Origin: an uncultured Acidobacteriota bacterium
GTDB taxonomy: Bacteria > Acidobacteriota > Vicinamibacteria > Vicinamibacterales > 2-12-FULL-66-21
DNA length: 64,000 nucleotides
Reading direction: 5' to 3'
Assembly (NCBI GenBank): GCA_963836665.1
Contig: CAWIKL010000001.1
Span: forward strand, 1,999,818-2,063,817
Within the stretch, counting starts at the first letter, position 1; each line of letters starts with the position of its first letter. The notes beneath the pieces are model-generated. The model saw only the letters and a list, made by a program, of their open reading frames with translations, searched no databases and was not told where the DNA came from. A program made the position numbers and the translations under genes. Below are positions 19,101-28,024 of this stretch, one piece after another.

Positions 19101-21192
19101 GGGGCCGGCCGATTCTCAGCAGCGCCACACCGTGGCGCGGCACGGTCGTGGTGTACTGCTTGGCGTGGCCGGCGGCACCCGGCGCGTCGGTCTGCGTCCA
19201 TGGGAATCGCACAGGCGAGCCGTCAGCGGCGCCGATGTCGGCGAATTTCACGGTCATCGGCGTCTCGACCGGCGCGCGGTTGAAGAGACCGACGGCGTAG
19301 GTACCGTCGGCGAGCTGCCGCGCCCAGATCTGCGACCAGTTGTCGGCCGAGACACGCCCGGCCGCCCTGCCGAGTGCATCCTGGTCGATCGCCAGCACTT
19401 CTCGGTTGCCGAGCAGATCGATCGTCCAGTCGTCGAGGTGCGCCATATCGGCGCCGATGAGGAGGGGTGCCGCCTGAAGCGCCCACAGCGAGAGATGCGT
19501 GAGCTGCTCGCTGGGCGAGAGGTTGGTCGGACGCGGCGGATCGATACGGCCCCATCCGAGGCGCCCGACGACCAGCATGTCGGTGTCGTTCCAGTGCCCG
19601 GGCCCGGCGTACTTCTCGTGGCCAGTCTGCTGAAAACCGATCGCCGACATCGACTGCCACGTGTCGGTGATGTCGCCCGTGACACGCCACAGGTTGCCGC
19701 CAACCGTATCGCCCCATTCCCACACGCTGCCCATGCCGTACTGGCAGAGAGAGAAGACGATGTCGCGATCGAGCCGGTCGAGGACGCCTCGCATCAGGAT
19801 GTACGGTTTCTGCAGCAGGCCGAGCGGACTGTTGCTGTTGGCCGGCTCGGGATAGCGGCACCAGTCGTACTTGAGATAGTCGATGCCCCACTTCGCCCAC
19901 GTGCGCGCGTCCTGCTCTTCATGCTGGTAGCTAGCAGCGAGTCCCTGGCAGGTGGCGGTCCCCGGCCCGGAGTAGATACCGGCCTTGAGGCCCTTGGCGT
20001 GGATGTCGTCGACGAGGCCTTTCATGTCGGGGAATTTCTCGTTGGTCAGGATCTCGCCATTGGCGTCGCGGCCGGCGGTGGCGTCGTTCGCCCCGTTCGC
20101 CCCCTTGTGCCAACCGGCCTCCCACGCATCGTCGATGTTGATGTAGGTGTAGCCCTGACCGGCGAGGCCGCTGCGGACCATGCCATCCGCAGCCGCACGC
20201 ACGTGATCGGCGGTCACGTTGCCGCCCCACACGTTCCACGAGTTCCAGCCGAGCGGTGGCGTCAGGGCCAGTGCGTCCTTACCGCCGACAATCGTCATGA
20301 CGGCGCTGCTCGTCTGCCCTTTGGTGTTCCGCACCGTGACACCGACGTCGGTCCGCCCGTCCTTCTTCAGCGATCCTGTGATGATGCCGCTGCGCGGGTC
20401 GAGCGCAAGGCCTTCGGGAAGATTGCGCGCACTGAAGGTGAGCTCCCCGGTGCCGGACGCCGGAATACGGAACAGAAACGGGCGTCCCGGCGTGGCGCCG
20501 GTGATTCGCGGGTAGTTGATCATCGGCGCTGCGATCCGGCTCGAAGCGATGGCCGGCGGGGCTTCGCTGACAGCGGGCGCGACGCGGACCTGCGACTGCT
20601 GCCCGGGCTTGGCGACGATCGCGGCGCCGGACCACTCGGCCGTGTCGCCGGCAGTCCCGTCGTTCGCGTCGACGACGGCGAGGATGAGCGTCCGCGCGCC
20701 GGCCAGGTCGATCGACACCGGCCTCGGCGTATCGCCGCGGTGCATCACGTCGGACTCGAAGACCTTCCGCCCGTCGAGCCAGGCGCCGAACACAACGCTG
20801 CCGGCCGGCGGAGGAGGCGTCGCTGTGCCGCCAGGTGAGGCTCCTCCGGCCTGAGGCTGGCCATCGTCGATGCCCACCATCGCGACGAACCTCAGGGCGC
20901 CGCCGGCGAGATCGATTGCCAGATCGCCGTCAGAGAGCAGTGGCACGCCGTGCGCGTAGGTCACACCGCCGAGCCTGAACACGAGCGGTGCCGCCGCTGT
21001 CTGTCCCCGCTGCGGACGAGGACGCCTGATCGGCGCGTTGGACAGGTCGAGGCTGTCGACCCACACGGCGTTCTGTGGCGGATCGGCTCCCTGGAGGCCG
21101 GCGGCGTCCTGGTGCCCTGCGAGTGGCGCCGCCAGCGCGCTGACGGCGGCAACAACCAACAGCAATCGGGGGATCTGGCCCATGCCGCGCAT
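19093..21192 (-). CDS. alpha-galactosidase, GH27 catalytic domain with an N-terminal NPCBM-like module and an Ig-like domain (699 aa)
   Basis: PPLGWNSWNVWGG, YTYINIDDAWE and DYLKYDWC (nucleophile Asp region) are GH27 hallmarks. The N-terminal about 200 aa resembles NPCBM (AEWSGAAIV). The stop overlaps the convergent peptidase stop by 8 nt. Confidence 0.8.
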   Translation of the reverse strand: MRGMGQIPRLLLVVAAVSALAAPLAGHQDAAGLQGADPPQNAVWVDSLDLSNAPIRRPRPQRGQTAAAPLVFRLGGVTYAHGVPLLSDGDLAIDLAGGALRFVAMVGIDDGQPQAGGASPGGTATPPPPAGSVVFGAWLDGRKVFESDVMHRGDTPRPVSIDLAGARTLILAVVDANDGTAGDTAEWSGAAIVAKPGQQSQVRVAPAVSEAPPAIASSRIAAPMINYPRITGATPGRPFLFRIPASGTGELTFSARNLPEGLALDPRSGIITGSLKKDGRTDVGVTVRNTKGQTSSAVMTIVGGKDALALTPPLGWNSWNVWGGNVTADHVRAAADGMVRSGLAGQGYTYINIDDAWEAGWHKGANGANDATAGRDANGEILTNEKFPDMKGLVDDIHAKGLKAGIYSGPGTATCQGLAASYQHEEQDARTWAKWGIDYLKYDWCRYPEPANSNSPLGLLQKPYILMRGVLDRLDRDIVFSLCQYGMGSVWEWGDTVGGNLWRVTGDITDTWQSMSAIGFQQTGHEKYAGPGHWNDTDMLVVGRLGWGRIDPPRPTNLSPSEQLTHLSLWALQAAPLLIGADMAHLDDWTIDLLGNREVLAIDQDALGRAAGRVSADNWSQIWARQLADGTYAVGLFNRAPVETPMTVKFADIGAADGSPVRFPWTQTDAPGAAGHAKQYTTTVPRHGVALLRIGRPLT

Positions 21193-21243
21193 TCTACTTC
21201 CCCGCGCGGTCCGCGATGATGGGAGCGATTCAGATCATCGGAA

Positions 21244-22890
21244 TCAGCGGCACCCTGGCATGCGGAAGGCCCCGATGCGCGTCGAGTAGGTCGCGGCGTC
21301 CTTCTTGAGATAGTCGCCCACGTACCACACGGTGCAGTCGTCAGACGGATCCATGGCCGTCGTCGTGTAGTCTTCCCACCGTTCGGCGGGACGCGGGGCG
21401 GTCGACTGCGCAGCCTGCCCTTCGGCGAGGACGGTCTCTTTCATTGTCAACAGGCCTGGCGGATCGCCTTTCTCGCGGCCGGCGAAGCGCTGGCCCGCAA
21501 AGTTCGGCGTCCCGCCGAACGAGTAGCCGATGCCGATGTTGCCGAATCGATCGATGGCCGGGCTCGCCATCCAGCGGTAGAAGCCCCCGGGGGCGTAGGT
21601 GCCCTGTTGCGCGAGCGACAGTTGGCGCGCCTTGTCGATGGCGAGCTCGTACCAGCGCACGCCCCCGCCGCCGGCGGCGGTATCGACCGAGTGGACCGCG
21701 ACGATCGCCTCGCGATTGCCGATCCGCCGGTAGACGACGCGCGACATGATCTTGTCGCCCTGCGCGTCGAGATGATGGTCCGTCCCAGGCTGCGGCACGC
21801 AGTTGGTCAACTGGCCGTTACACAAATAGTGGTAGGGCGCGACCTTGATCTTCTCGGGGCCGGTCAGCTTCGTGTTCGCCGGCGTCTTCCAGTCGACGTG
21901 AAACTGCCAGGTATCGATGGTGTCGGCGTCGAAGAGGTTGTCGAGCTGCGTGCCACCGGCCGCCATCATCACGTTGGGCGCGTCGCCCGGCGGCGCCGTC
22001 GTCCCATCGATGTCGGCGTTGTTCAGGAAGTTGACGTTCAGCACAACCTGGCACTGCTCGCTCGCTGGCTCCCCTTTGAGCATGCGAGCGCGATCGACGA
22101 CGCAGGCGTGTTTTTGCGTAGCGACCGTCTCCGAGATGCGGTTGTCGCTCGAGCTCGTCGGGACGTAGTAACCGTCGATCCACACGGCCGGCCGCGGATA
22201 GTCGGGAAAGAGTGGACGCTCGAACGCGTAGCGATAATACGGGCCCATCGGATCGGTGCCGGTGCTGATCGCGTAGCACATGCCATAGGTGCTCGGCGGC
22301 GGCGTGGGCGCGGGCTGACCCGCCGGTTGTCCACGCTGTCCGCGGCCCTGCGGCGGGGCGGGTGGTGGCGGCGCAGGAGGATTGGCGGGCAGGGATACCG
22401 CGGCTCCAGGCGACGATGCCTGGCCTGGCGCCGCGAGCTGTCCGGGGGGCGCCGGCGTGCCGAGTGGAGGGCGCTCGCCGACTTCGCTGAGTGGAATGCG
22501 CGAGAAAATCGGCATGGTGATCAGCCAGCGGTTCGCCAGCTGGTCGTAGCGGACGACGGCGTCACCGTTGTTGCGCGACGCGCATGGGCCGCCCAGCCCG
22601 CCGAACACCGTGTTGGTGTTGACAGGACCGTAGGCGGCATGTCCGGTCTTGTCGAAGATTGCGAAACGCGAGTTGACCGTCTGCACGATGTGATTCGGTC
22701 CGACGGCGAGGCTGTTGTCGGAAGGGTTCCGCCCCTCGTACTGCCCCTGGGGTCCCTCGAAACCTACGCCCATACCGTCGAAGCTGGCGACGAGGCGCGC
22801 CGCCGGCTTGGTTCCGTCCGTCGTCTGCTCAATCGACGGCTGCAGCAGCGGCAACGAGAGCGCCGCCGCGACGAGCATCACTGTCCGCAT
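21244..22890 (-). CDS. conserved hypothetical secreted protein with a Pro-rich insert (548 aa)
   Basis: Signal peptide MRTVMLVAAALSLPLLQ. GC3-rich throughout. No catalytic motif recognised. Several Cys pairs suggest an extracytoplasmic fold. Confidence 0.65.
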   Translation of the reverse strand: MRTVMLVAAALSLPLLQPSIEQTTDGTKPAARLVASFDGMGVGFEGPQGQYEGRNPSDNSLAVGPNHIVQTVNSRFAIFDKTGHAAYGPVNTNTVFGGLGGPCASRNNGDAVVRYDQLANRWLITMPIFSRIPLSEVGERPPLGTPAPPGQLAAPGQASSPGAAVSLPANPPAPPPPAPPQGRGQRGQPAGQPAPTPPPSTYGMCYAISTGTDPMGPYYRYAFERPLFPDYPRPAVWIDGYYVPTSSSDNRISETVATQKHACVVDRARMLKGEPASEQCQVVLNVNFLNNADIDGTTAPPGDAPNVMMAAGGTQLDNLFDADTIDTWQFHVDWKTPANTKLTGPEKIKVAPYHYLCNGQLTNCVPQPGTDHHLDAQGDKIMSRVVYRRIGNREAIVAVHSVDTAAGGGGVRWYELAIDKARQLSLAQQGTYAPGGFYRWMASPAIDRFGNIGIGYSFGGTPNFAGQRFAGREKGDPPGLLTMKETVLAEGQAAQSTAPRPAERWEDYTTTAMDPSDDCTVWYVGDYLKKDAATYSTRIGAFRMPGCR

Positions 22891-22893
22891 CGC

Positions 22894-23070
22894 TTATCCT
22901 CTCGGCCCGTACCGGAATTCGTTGCGTTCGCGGAGGCCACCCGGCCGCAACAACCTCACCGCCAACCGAAGCGCCTGCCAGCGCGAGTAGATGTCCGCCT
23001 TCCGTCCCGAAGTGACGACCGGCACCGACAGGATCAGGAAGCGCCCATGCTTCTTGAGGGCGCGGCTCAT
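22894..23070 (-). CDS. possible small ORF (58 aa), MSRALKKHGRFLILSVPVVTSGRK...
   Basis: ATG preceded by AAGGA at about -10. GC3 is high in the first half only. The sequence resembles a fragment of a methyltransferase 'LKPGGRLLI' segment, so it may be a gene remnant. Confidence 0.25.
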   Translation of the reverse strand: MSRALKKHGRFLILSVPVVTSGRKADIYSRWQALRLAVRLLRPGGLRERNEFRYGPRG

Positions 23071-23152
23071 GTCGATTTCCTTCGTTGTGTGCGGGAATGA
23101 CAATGGAGACGACCGGCTCCGTCACGTCCCGCCATTGTAGGCCGGACCGGGA

Positions 23153-25438
23153 TTACATGGCGGACAGCGTACTGGCGAGAGCGTCGGTGAGCTGCGCCGC
23201 GTCCTCGTCGGCGAACGGCATCGGCGGCCGGATTTTCAGGACGTTGTGGAACGGACCATCGGTGCCGAGCAGGATGCCGCGATCGCGCATCTGGTCCGCC
23301 ACGGCGGACGCCTCCGTGGCCGCCGGCTCCTGCGTCGCGCGGTCCTTGACCAGTTCGACGCCGAGGAACAGGCCGCTGCCCCGGATGTCGCCGACGAGCG
23401 GATGGCCGCCGACGGCATCGTGCAGCCGCCGCAGCAATGATGCGCCGACGGCGTGTGCATGCTCCTGCAGCCGCTCCTCCTGCACGACGTCGAGTACCGC
23501 CAGGCCGACGGCGCACGACACGGTACTGCCGCCAAAGGTGCTGAAGAACTCCATCCCATTGTCGAAGGACGCGGCTATCTCCGCCGTCGTAACTACAGCC
23601 GCGAGCGGAAAGCCATTGCCGATCGGCTTCCCCAGCACGACGATGTCGGGGACGACGTGCTGTGCCTCGAAAGCGTAGAAGTGCGTGCCCATGCGCCCAT
23701 AGGCGGTCTGCACTTCGTCGGCGATGCAGACGCCGCCCGCCGCACGGACGATCGCATAGACGGAAGCGAGATAGCGATCCGGCAGGACGATCTGCCCGCC
23801 GACGCTTGGCGCGCTCTCGGCAATGAAGGCGCCCGGATTAGGTACATCGCGCGCGAACTCCGCGTATTTCTCGCCGGCACGCGGATCGTCGCGGCGGTAC
23901 TTACCGCGATACGTGTCGGGCAGCGGCAGCACGTGCACCCACGGCGCCGCCCCCTCGCCGCCCGGTCCGTTGAACTTGTAGGGACTGATGTCGATGAGCG
24001 TCGTCGTGTTGCCGTGATAGGCGGCGTCAAGGACCACGACGTTGCGGCGGCGCGTGTGGGCGCGCGCCAGGCGCAGGGCCAGCTCGTTGGCTTCGCTGCC
24101 GGAATTGACGAAGTAGCAGACCGCGAGCGGCGCCGGCAGAGTCGCGACCAGGCGCTCCGCGAACGCCGCGAGCTTGTCGTGCAGGTAGCGCGTGTTGGTG
24201 TTGAGCACGAGCATCTGCTCGGTCGCCGCGGCGACCACGCGTGGATGGCTGTGCCCGACGTGCGGCACATTGTTATAAGCATCCAGGTAGCGTCGTCCGG
24301 CCTGATCGTAGAGATACTGCATCCAGCCGCGGACGATCTTCACAGGCTGGCGGTAGGCGACCGACACGTTGTGACCGATGACGCGACGGCGCGCGGCGAG
24401 GGTGTCCTCGGGAGTCCGGCCACGCGCACGGCGGAACGCCTCTTCGGCTTCGTCGAATCCGATCGCCAGCAGCCGCGGCAGCGTGCGCGCGATCGGCGCC
24501 TGGCTCACCGACAGGTACGGGTCGGCTGGCCGCTGCGCCTGCTGGCGCGCGGCGATGCAGACGCTGGTGCACAGGCGCAGCAATACCAGTCCGTAGAGCG
24601 CCGCGATCTCGCCGTCTTCGAGCGTGCGCAGGCGGGCGTAGCCGCGGACAACGGCGGCGGCTACGTCGAGCGGGTCGGGCGTGTCGAGCACGGCGTAGGC
24701 GATGGCGATCGCCAGATCGGCGATGGCGTAGGAGTGAACGAGATCGCCAAAGTCCAGGAAGCCGGCGATGCTGCCGGCACGCACCAGCACGTTGTAGTCG
24801 TTGGGATCGTTGTGGACAACCGCGCGCCGCAGCCACGACAGTCGTTCGCCGTCGCGCGCGCGGACGCGCCAGGCGAGATCGGTCACGCTCGCGCGCAGCG
24901 CGGGATCGGCGATCAGCCCCGAGGCCTCGGTGATCACCTCAAAGGCGCGTGACAAATCCCAGTAGAACTCACGGTGCACCGCCGGATCGTCGAAACCGTC
25001 GAGCGCGGCGTCGAGCTCCGCGAGTCGGGCGCCGAGATCCGTCAGCAGTTCGGGCGACGCCGGCCCGGCCTCGGCGAGCGGCTCGCCCGGCAGCCACGTC
25101 AGCAACCGGACGAAGTGCACCGCACCACCCGCGGGCACGTCCACAAGGAGGCGGCCGTCGACCGATGGTACCGGCGCCGGGCACAGGGTGGTCCGCCGCG
25201 CCACGTGCGCCAGCGCGGCGTTCTGCGCCTCGAGCAGCGGTCGATCGTCGGCGGCGTTGGCGATCTTGAGTACGAACAGGTCGCCGGACGCGGTCTGCAG
25301 GCGGAAATTCTGGTCGCGCTCGCTGGGGAGCGCCGTGGCGTCGGCGGCGAGCCCGTAGAGCCGCAGCGCGAGGGCAACGGCGTCCGCCGCGCTGAACGAC
25401 GGCGCGGTGGACAGGATGTCTCGGGTCGGTGTCGTCAC
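23153..25438 (-). CDS. fusion protein: N-terminal APH/ChoK-type kinase (hydroxylysine-kinase-like) plus C-terminal class-III PLP enzyme of the AGXT2L/phospho-lyase type (about 762 aa)
   Basis: Kinase motifs VVHNDPNDYNVLV and FLDFGD. PLP domain motifs SGSEANELALRLAR, ADEVQTAYGRMG and VLGKPIGNGFPLAAVV (the GKP[IM]GNG signature of ETNPPL/PHYKPL-like enzymes). A GTG at 25438 overlaps the stop of the upstream permease by 1 nt (TAGTG). The longer ORF to 25702 overlaps that gene. Confidence 0.8.
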   Translation of the reverse strand: MTTPTRDILSTAPSFSAADAVALALRLYGLAADATALPSERDQNFRLQTASGDLFVLKIANAADDRPLLEAQNAALAHVARRTTLCPAPVPSVDGRLLVDVPAGGAVHFVRLLTWLPGEPLAEAGPASPELLTDLGARLAELDAALDGFDDPAVHREFYWDLSRAFEVITEASGLIADPALRASVTDLAWRVRARDGERLSWLRRAVVHNDPNDYNVLVRAGSIAGFLDFGDLVHSYAIADLAIAIAYAVLDTPDPLDVAAAVVRGYARLRTLEDGEIAALYGLVLLRLCTSVCIAARQQAQRPADPYLSVSQAPIARTLPRLLAIGFDEAEEAFRRARGRTPEDTLAARRRVIGHNVSVAYRQPVKIVRGWMQYLYDQAGRRYLDAYNNVPHVGHSHPRVVAAATEQMLVLNTNTRYLHDKLAAFAERLVATLPAPLAVCYFVNSGSEANELALRLARAHTRRRNVVVLDAAYHGNTTTLIDISPYKFNGPGGEGAAPWVHVLPLPDTYRGKYRRDDPRAGEKYAEFARDVPNPGAFIAESAPSVGGQIVLPDRYLASVYAIVRAAGGVCIADEVQTAYGRMGTHFYAFEAQHVVPDIVVLGKPIGNGFPLAAVVTTAEIAASFDNGMEFFSTFGGSTVSCAVGLAVLDVVQEERLQEHAHAVGASLLRRLHDAVGGHPLVGDIRGSGLFLGVELVKDRATQEPAATEASAVADQMRDRGILLGTDGPFHNVLKIRPPMPFADEDAAQLTDALASTLSAM

Positions 25439-26241
25439 TACAAGTCTCGCCGCTGGAACTGGACGTAGGCCGTGGCCGTGAACACGACCGCCGACGAAAG
25501 CAAGACTAGCAGGTTGCGCAATCCCGCGTCTTCGCCGGCGACGATCGCCAGCGCCGGGTAGTAATGAAACGGGGAGATCCACGCCACATGCCGCATCGGC
25601 GCCCAGCCGATCGCCAGAAAATCGAGCAGGTAGGTGACGAGCATGAGGAGCGCACCCGTCGTGAACGCCGTCGTCCAGCGTCGCGACACGGAGGCGAGCC
25701 ACAGGGCGATGCTGCCGAAGCAGAGGGCGATCGCGCCGAGATGTGCCAGCAGCAATAGCCGCACCGCGACGGATGGCAGCTGTGCGATCGGCGCGCCGAA
25801 GAGCCGTGCGCCGATGGACGTGCCGGCGAACATCAGGCTCAGCCCGGCCGCCACGGCGAGCACCACCAGCAGCAGCGATCGCGTCAGCAGCCGGTGGCGT
25901 GGCAGCGAGCGCGCCAGCTCGAGATCGACGAGTCCTGATTCGATCTCGTGCGCCGGCTCGGTCGCGATATAGATCGCGACCATCGCCAGCAGCGCGCAGA
26001 TCACCGGATGGAAGTAGCCAAAAGCGACGATGCCGCGAAAGCTCGCCAGCAGCATGACGCGGTTGCCGAGGCCCTGCTTCAGGAAGATCGGCATCAGATC
26101 GGCGAGCCCGCCGAACGACTGGGTCTGCTGGATTTCGGCGGCCTGGCCGACGATGATCAGCTGGAAGCCGCAGAGCACGACCAGCGAGCCGCCGAGGACG
26201 TAGCGGGCCTGCGCGATAGAGCGCCGCAGCAGCGCCGTCAT
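25438..26241 (-). CDS. ABC-2 type transporter permease (267 aa)
   Basis: Six hydrophobic segments. The start MTALLRRSIAQARYVLGG overlaps the ATPase stop (ATGA at 26238-26241). The upstream part of ORF 25438-26490 is Arg-rich out-of-frame overlap. Confidence 0.7.
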   Translation of the reverse strand: MTALLRRSIAQARYVLGGSLVVLCGFQLIIVGQAAEIQQTQSFGGLADLMPIFLKQGLGNRVMLLASFRGIVAFGYFHPVICALLAMVAIYIATEPAHEIESGLVDLELARSLPRHRLLTRSLLLVVLAVAAGLSLMFAGTSIGARLFGAPIAQLPSVAVRLLLLAHLGAIALCFGSIALWLASVSRRWTTAFTTGALLMLVTYLLDFLAIGWAPMRHVAWISPFHYYPALAIVAGEDAGLRNLLVLLSSAVVFTATAYVQFQRRDL

Positions 26242-27098
26242 TGCGCCTTGCCGCCGTAGAAGCGTGTCACGTAGTCCTCGAGACGGAACGGCTCGACGCT
26301 GACGTCCTGGATCGGCCGCCCTTGCAGCGTGGCGAGCAGCGGGCCGAGCGGCCCCTGCACCTCGGCGACGAGCGGCGTCCCTCCGTCCGCGAACGTCACG
26401 GTGACGCGCCGCATCGCGCCGCGCTTGATTTCGTCGATCGTACCGCTGGCGACCAGTCGGCCGCCGCGAACCAGGCCGATGCGATCGCACATCGACTCGA
26501 CTTCGGTCAGCACGTGCGACGAGAGGAACACCGTGGTCTCGCCGCCGCGTTTCAACTCGGCAACCGTCTCGCGGAACGCCTGCACCATCAGCGGATCGAG
26601 ACCGGCGGTCGGCTCGTCGAGAATGGCCAGCGGCGGCCGCATCATCAGCGCCTGGACGATGCCGATCTTCTGCTTCATGCCGTGCGACTGCTCGCGCAGG
26701 CGGCGGCGCTGGTCGAGCTCGCTCACGTCGAAGCGCTGCAACAGGTGCGCGAGGTAGTCGGGCGCGACGCGCCGGCTATCGAGCCGCGACAGGTAGGCCA
26801 GGTACTCGAGCGCGGTCAGGTCGGGATAGATCGGGAGGTCGCCGGGGAGATAGCCGATCAGCCGGCGGGCCGCGAGGCTACTGGCGTGACAATCGACGCC
26901 GAGGACGCGCGCGCGCCCGCGCGTCGGCCGCAGCAGGTCCATCAGCAGCCGGATGGTCGTCGTCTTGCCCGCGCCGTTCGCGCCGAGGAAGCCGTACACT
27001 TCTCCGCGCTGCACCTCGAACGACAGATCCTCGACGGCGACGACCCGGCCGTAGTGCTTGGTCAGCCCGTCGACGGCTATCGCGTGCGCCTCGGTCAT
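26238..27098 (-). CDS. ABC transporter ATP-binding protein (286 aa)
   Basis: Walker A GANGAGKTT, signature LSHGMKQKIG, Walker B LAILDEPTAGLD, H-loop SSHVL. Start MTEAHAIAVDGLTKHYG at 27098. Confidence 0.9.
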   Translation of the reverse strand: MTEAHAIAVDGLTKHYGRVVAVEDLSFEVQRGEVYGFLGANGAGKTTTIRLLMDLLRPTRGRARVLGVDCHASSLAARRLIGYLPGDLPIYPDLTALEYLAYLSRLDSRRVAPDYLAHLLQRFDVSELDQRRRLREQSHGMKQKIGIVQALMMRPPLAILDEPTAGLDPLMVQAFRETVAELKRGGETTVFLSSHVLTEVESMCDRIGLVRGGRLVASGTIDEIKRGAMRRVTVTFADGGTPLVAEVQGPLGPLLATLQGRPIQDVSVEPFRLEDYVTRFYGGKAQ

Positions 27099-27159
27099 CG
27101 CCCAGAGGCTAACGCATGAGTGCCATCGCGCGCGAACGCAAACGACTGGGTCGAACGCC

Positions 27160-28008
27160 TCAGGGCACGGCGTGCCGGTGCACGACGCCGCCGCGCACAT
27201 CGGCGAGCGGGTGCTGGACGACGAACGCCGATTCGTCGAAGGTTTCGACGATGCGCCGCACACGGCCGATTTCGAGCCTGGTCACCACGCAGTAGAGAAT
27301 CTCGCGATCGTCGCCCGACATGCCGCCGCGGGCCTTGAAGATGGTGATGCCGCGCCCCATCTCCTCGAGAATCGCGGCGCGGATCGGCTGCGGCGCCGAC
27401 GACATGATGGTGATGGCGGTGAACTCCTCGATACCGTGCAGGATGAAGTCGAGCGTGCGCGCCGCCGCAACGTAGGTGAGGATGGAATACAGCGCCTCCT
27501 CGGTGCCGAGGATCCGCATTGCCGCCAGGAACAGGACGACGTTGAAGGCGAGGATGGCGTCGCCGACCTTGACCACGGGGCTGCGCTTGCCGATGATCAG
27601 CGCCGCGATCTCGGTGCCGTCGAGCACGGCGCCGCCGCGCACCGCCAGGCCGATGCCGGCACCGATGAAGACGCCGCCAAAAACCGCAGTCAGCAGCGAG
27701 TCGTGGGTCACGTCGGGAAAGTGGACCGTCGCCAGCACCAGCGCCAGCGCGGATATGGCGAGGACGCTGCGCAGGGCGAAGGCACGCCCGAGGTGCCGGT
27801 AGCCGAGCGCCACGAACGGCAGGTTGACGAGCGGCAGCCAGAGCGAGAGCGGCAGCGGCGTCGCGTTGGCGAGGAGCATCGAGATGCCGGTGACGCCCCC
27901 GTCGATGAAGTGGCTGGAGAAGAGAAACCCCTTCAGCCCCATGCCGGCCGAGAACACGCCGGCGGCGATGAAGAGGGTGTTGATCGCTTCGCGTCGGATC
28001 GGAGTCAT
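27160..28008 (-). CDS. YitT-family membrane protein (DUF161/DUF2179, 282 aa)
   Basis: MTPIRREAINTLFIAAGVFSAGMGLKGFLFSSHFIDGGVTGISMLL is typical of the YitT N-terminus. C-terminal soluble DUF2179-like domain (TIFKARGGMSGDDREILYCVVTRLEI). Confidence 0.75.
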   Translation of the reverse strand: MTPIRREAINTLFIAAGVFSAGMGLKGFLFSSHFIDGGVTGISMLLANATPLPLSLWLPLVNLPFVALGYRHLGRAFALRSVLAISALALVLATVHFPDVTHDSLLTAVFGGVFIGAGIGLAVRGGAVLDGTEIAALIIGKRSPVVKVGDAILAFNVVLFLAAMRILGTEEALYSILTYVAAARTLDFILHGIEEFTAITIMSSAPQPIRAAILEEMGRGITIFKARGGMSGDDREILYCVVTRLEIGRVRRIVETFDESAFVVQHPLADVRGGVVHRHAVP

Positions 28009-28024
28009 GCTCCGATGGTAACGG

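Noticed and set aside
24690-24735. A 21-nt-spaced direct repeat GCGATGGCG inside the kinase domain (ggcgtaggcgatggcgatcgccagatcggcgatggcgtagg), considered as another member of the heptamer family.
   Set aside because: It encodes the Ala/Ile-rich helix YAIADLAIAIAYA, so protein-level periodicity explains it. There are only two or three units, which is too weak to claim.
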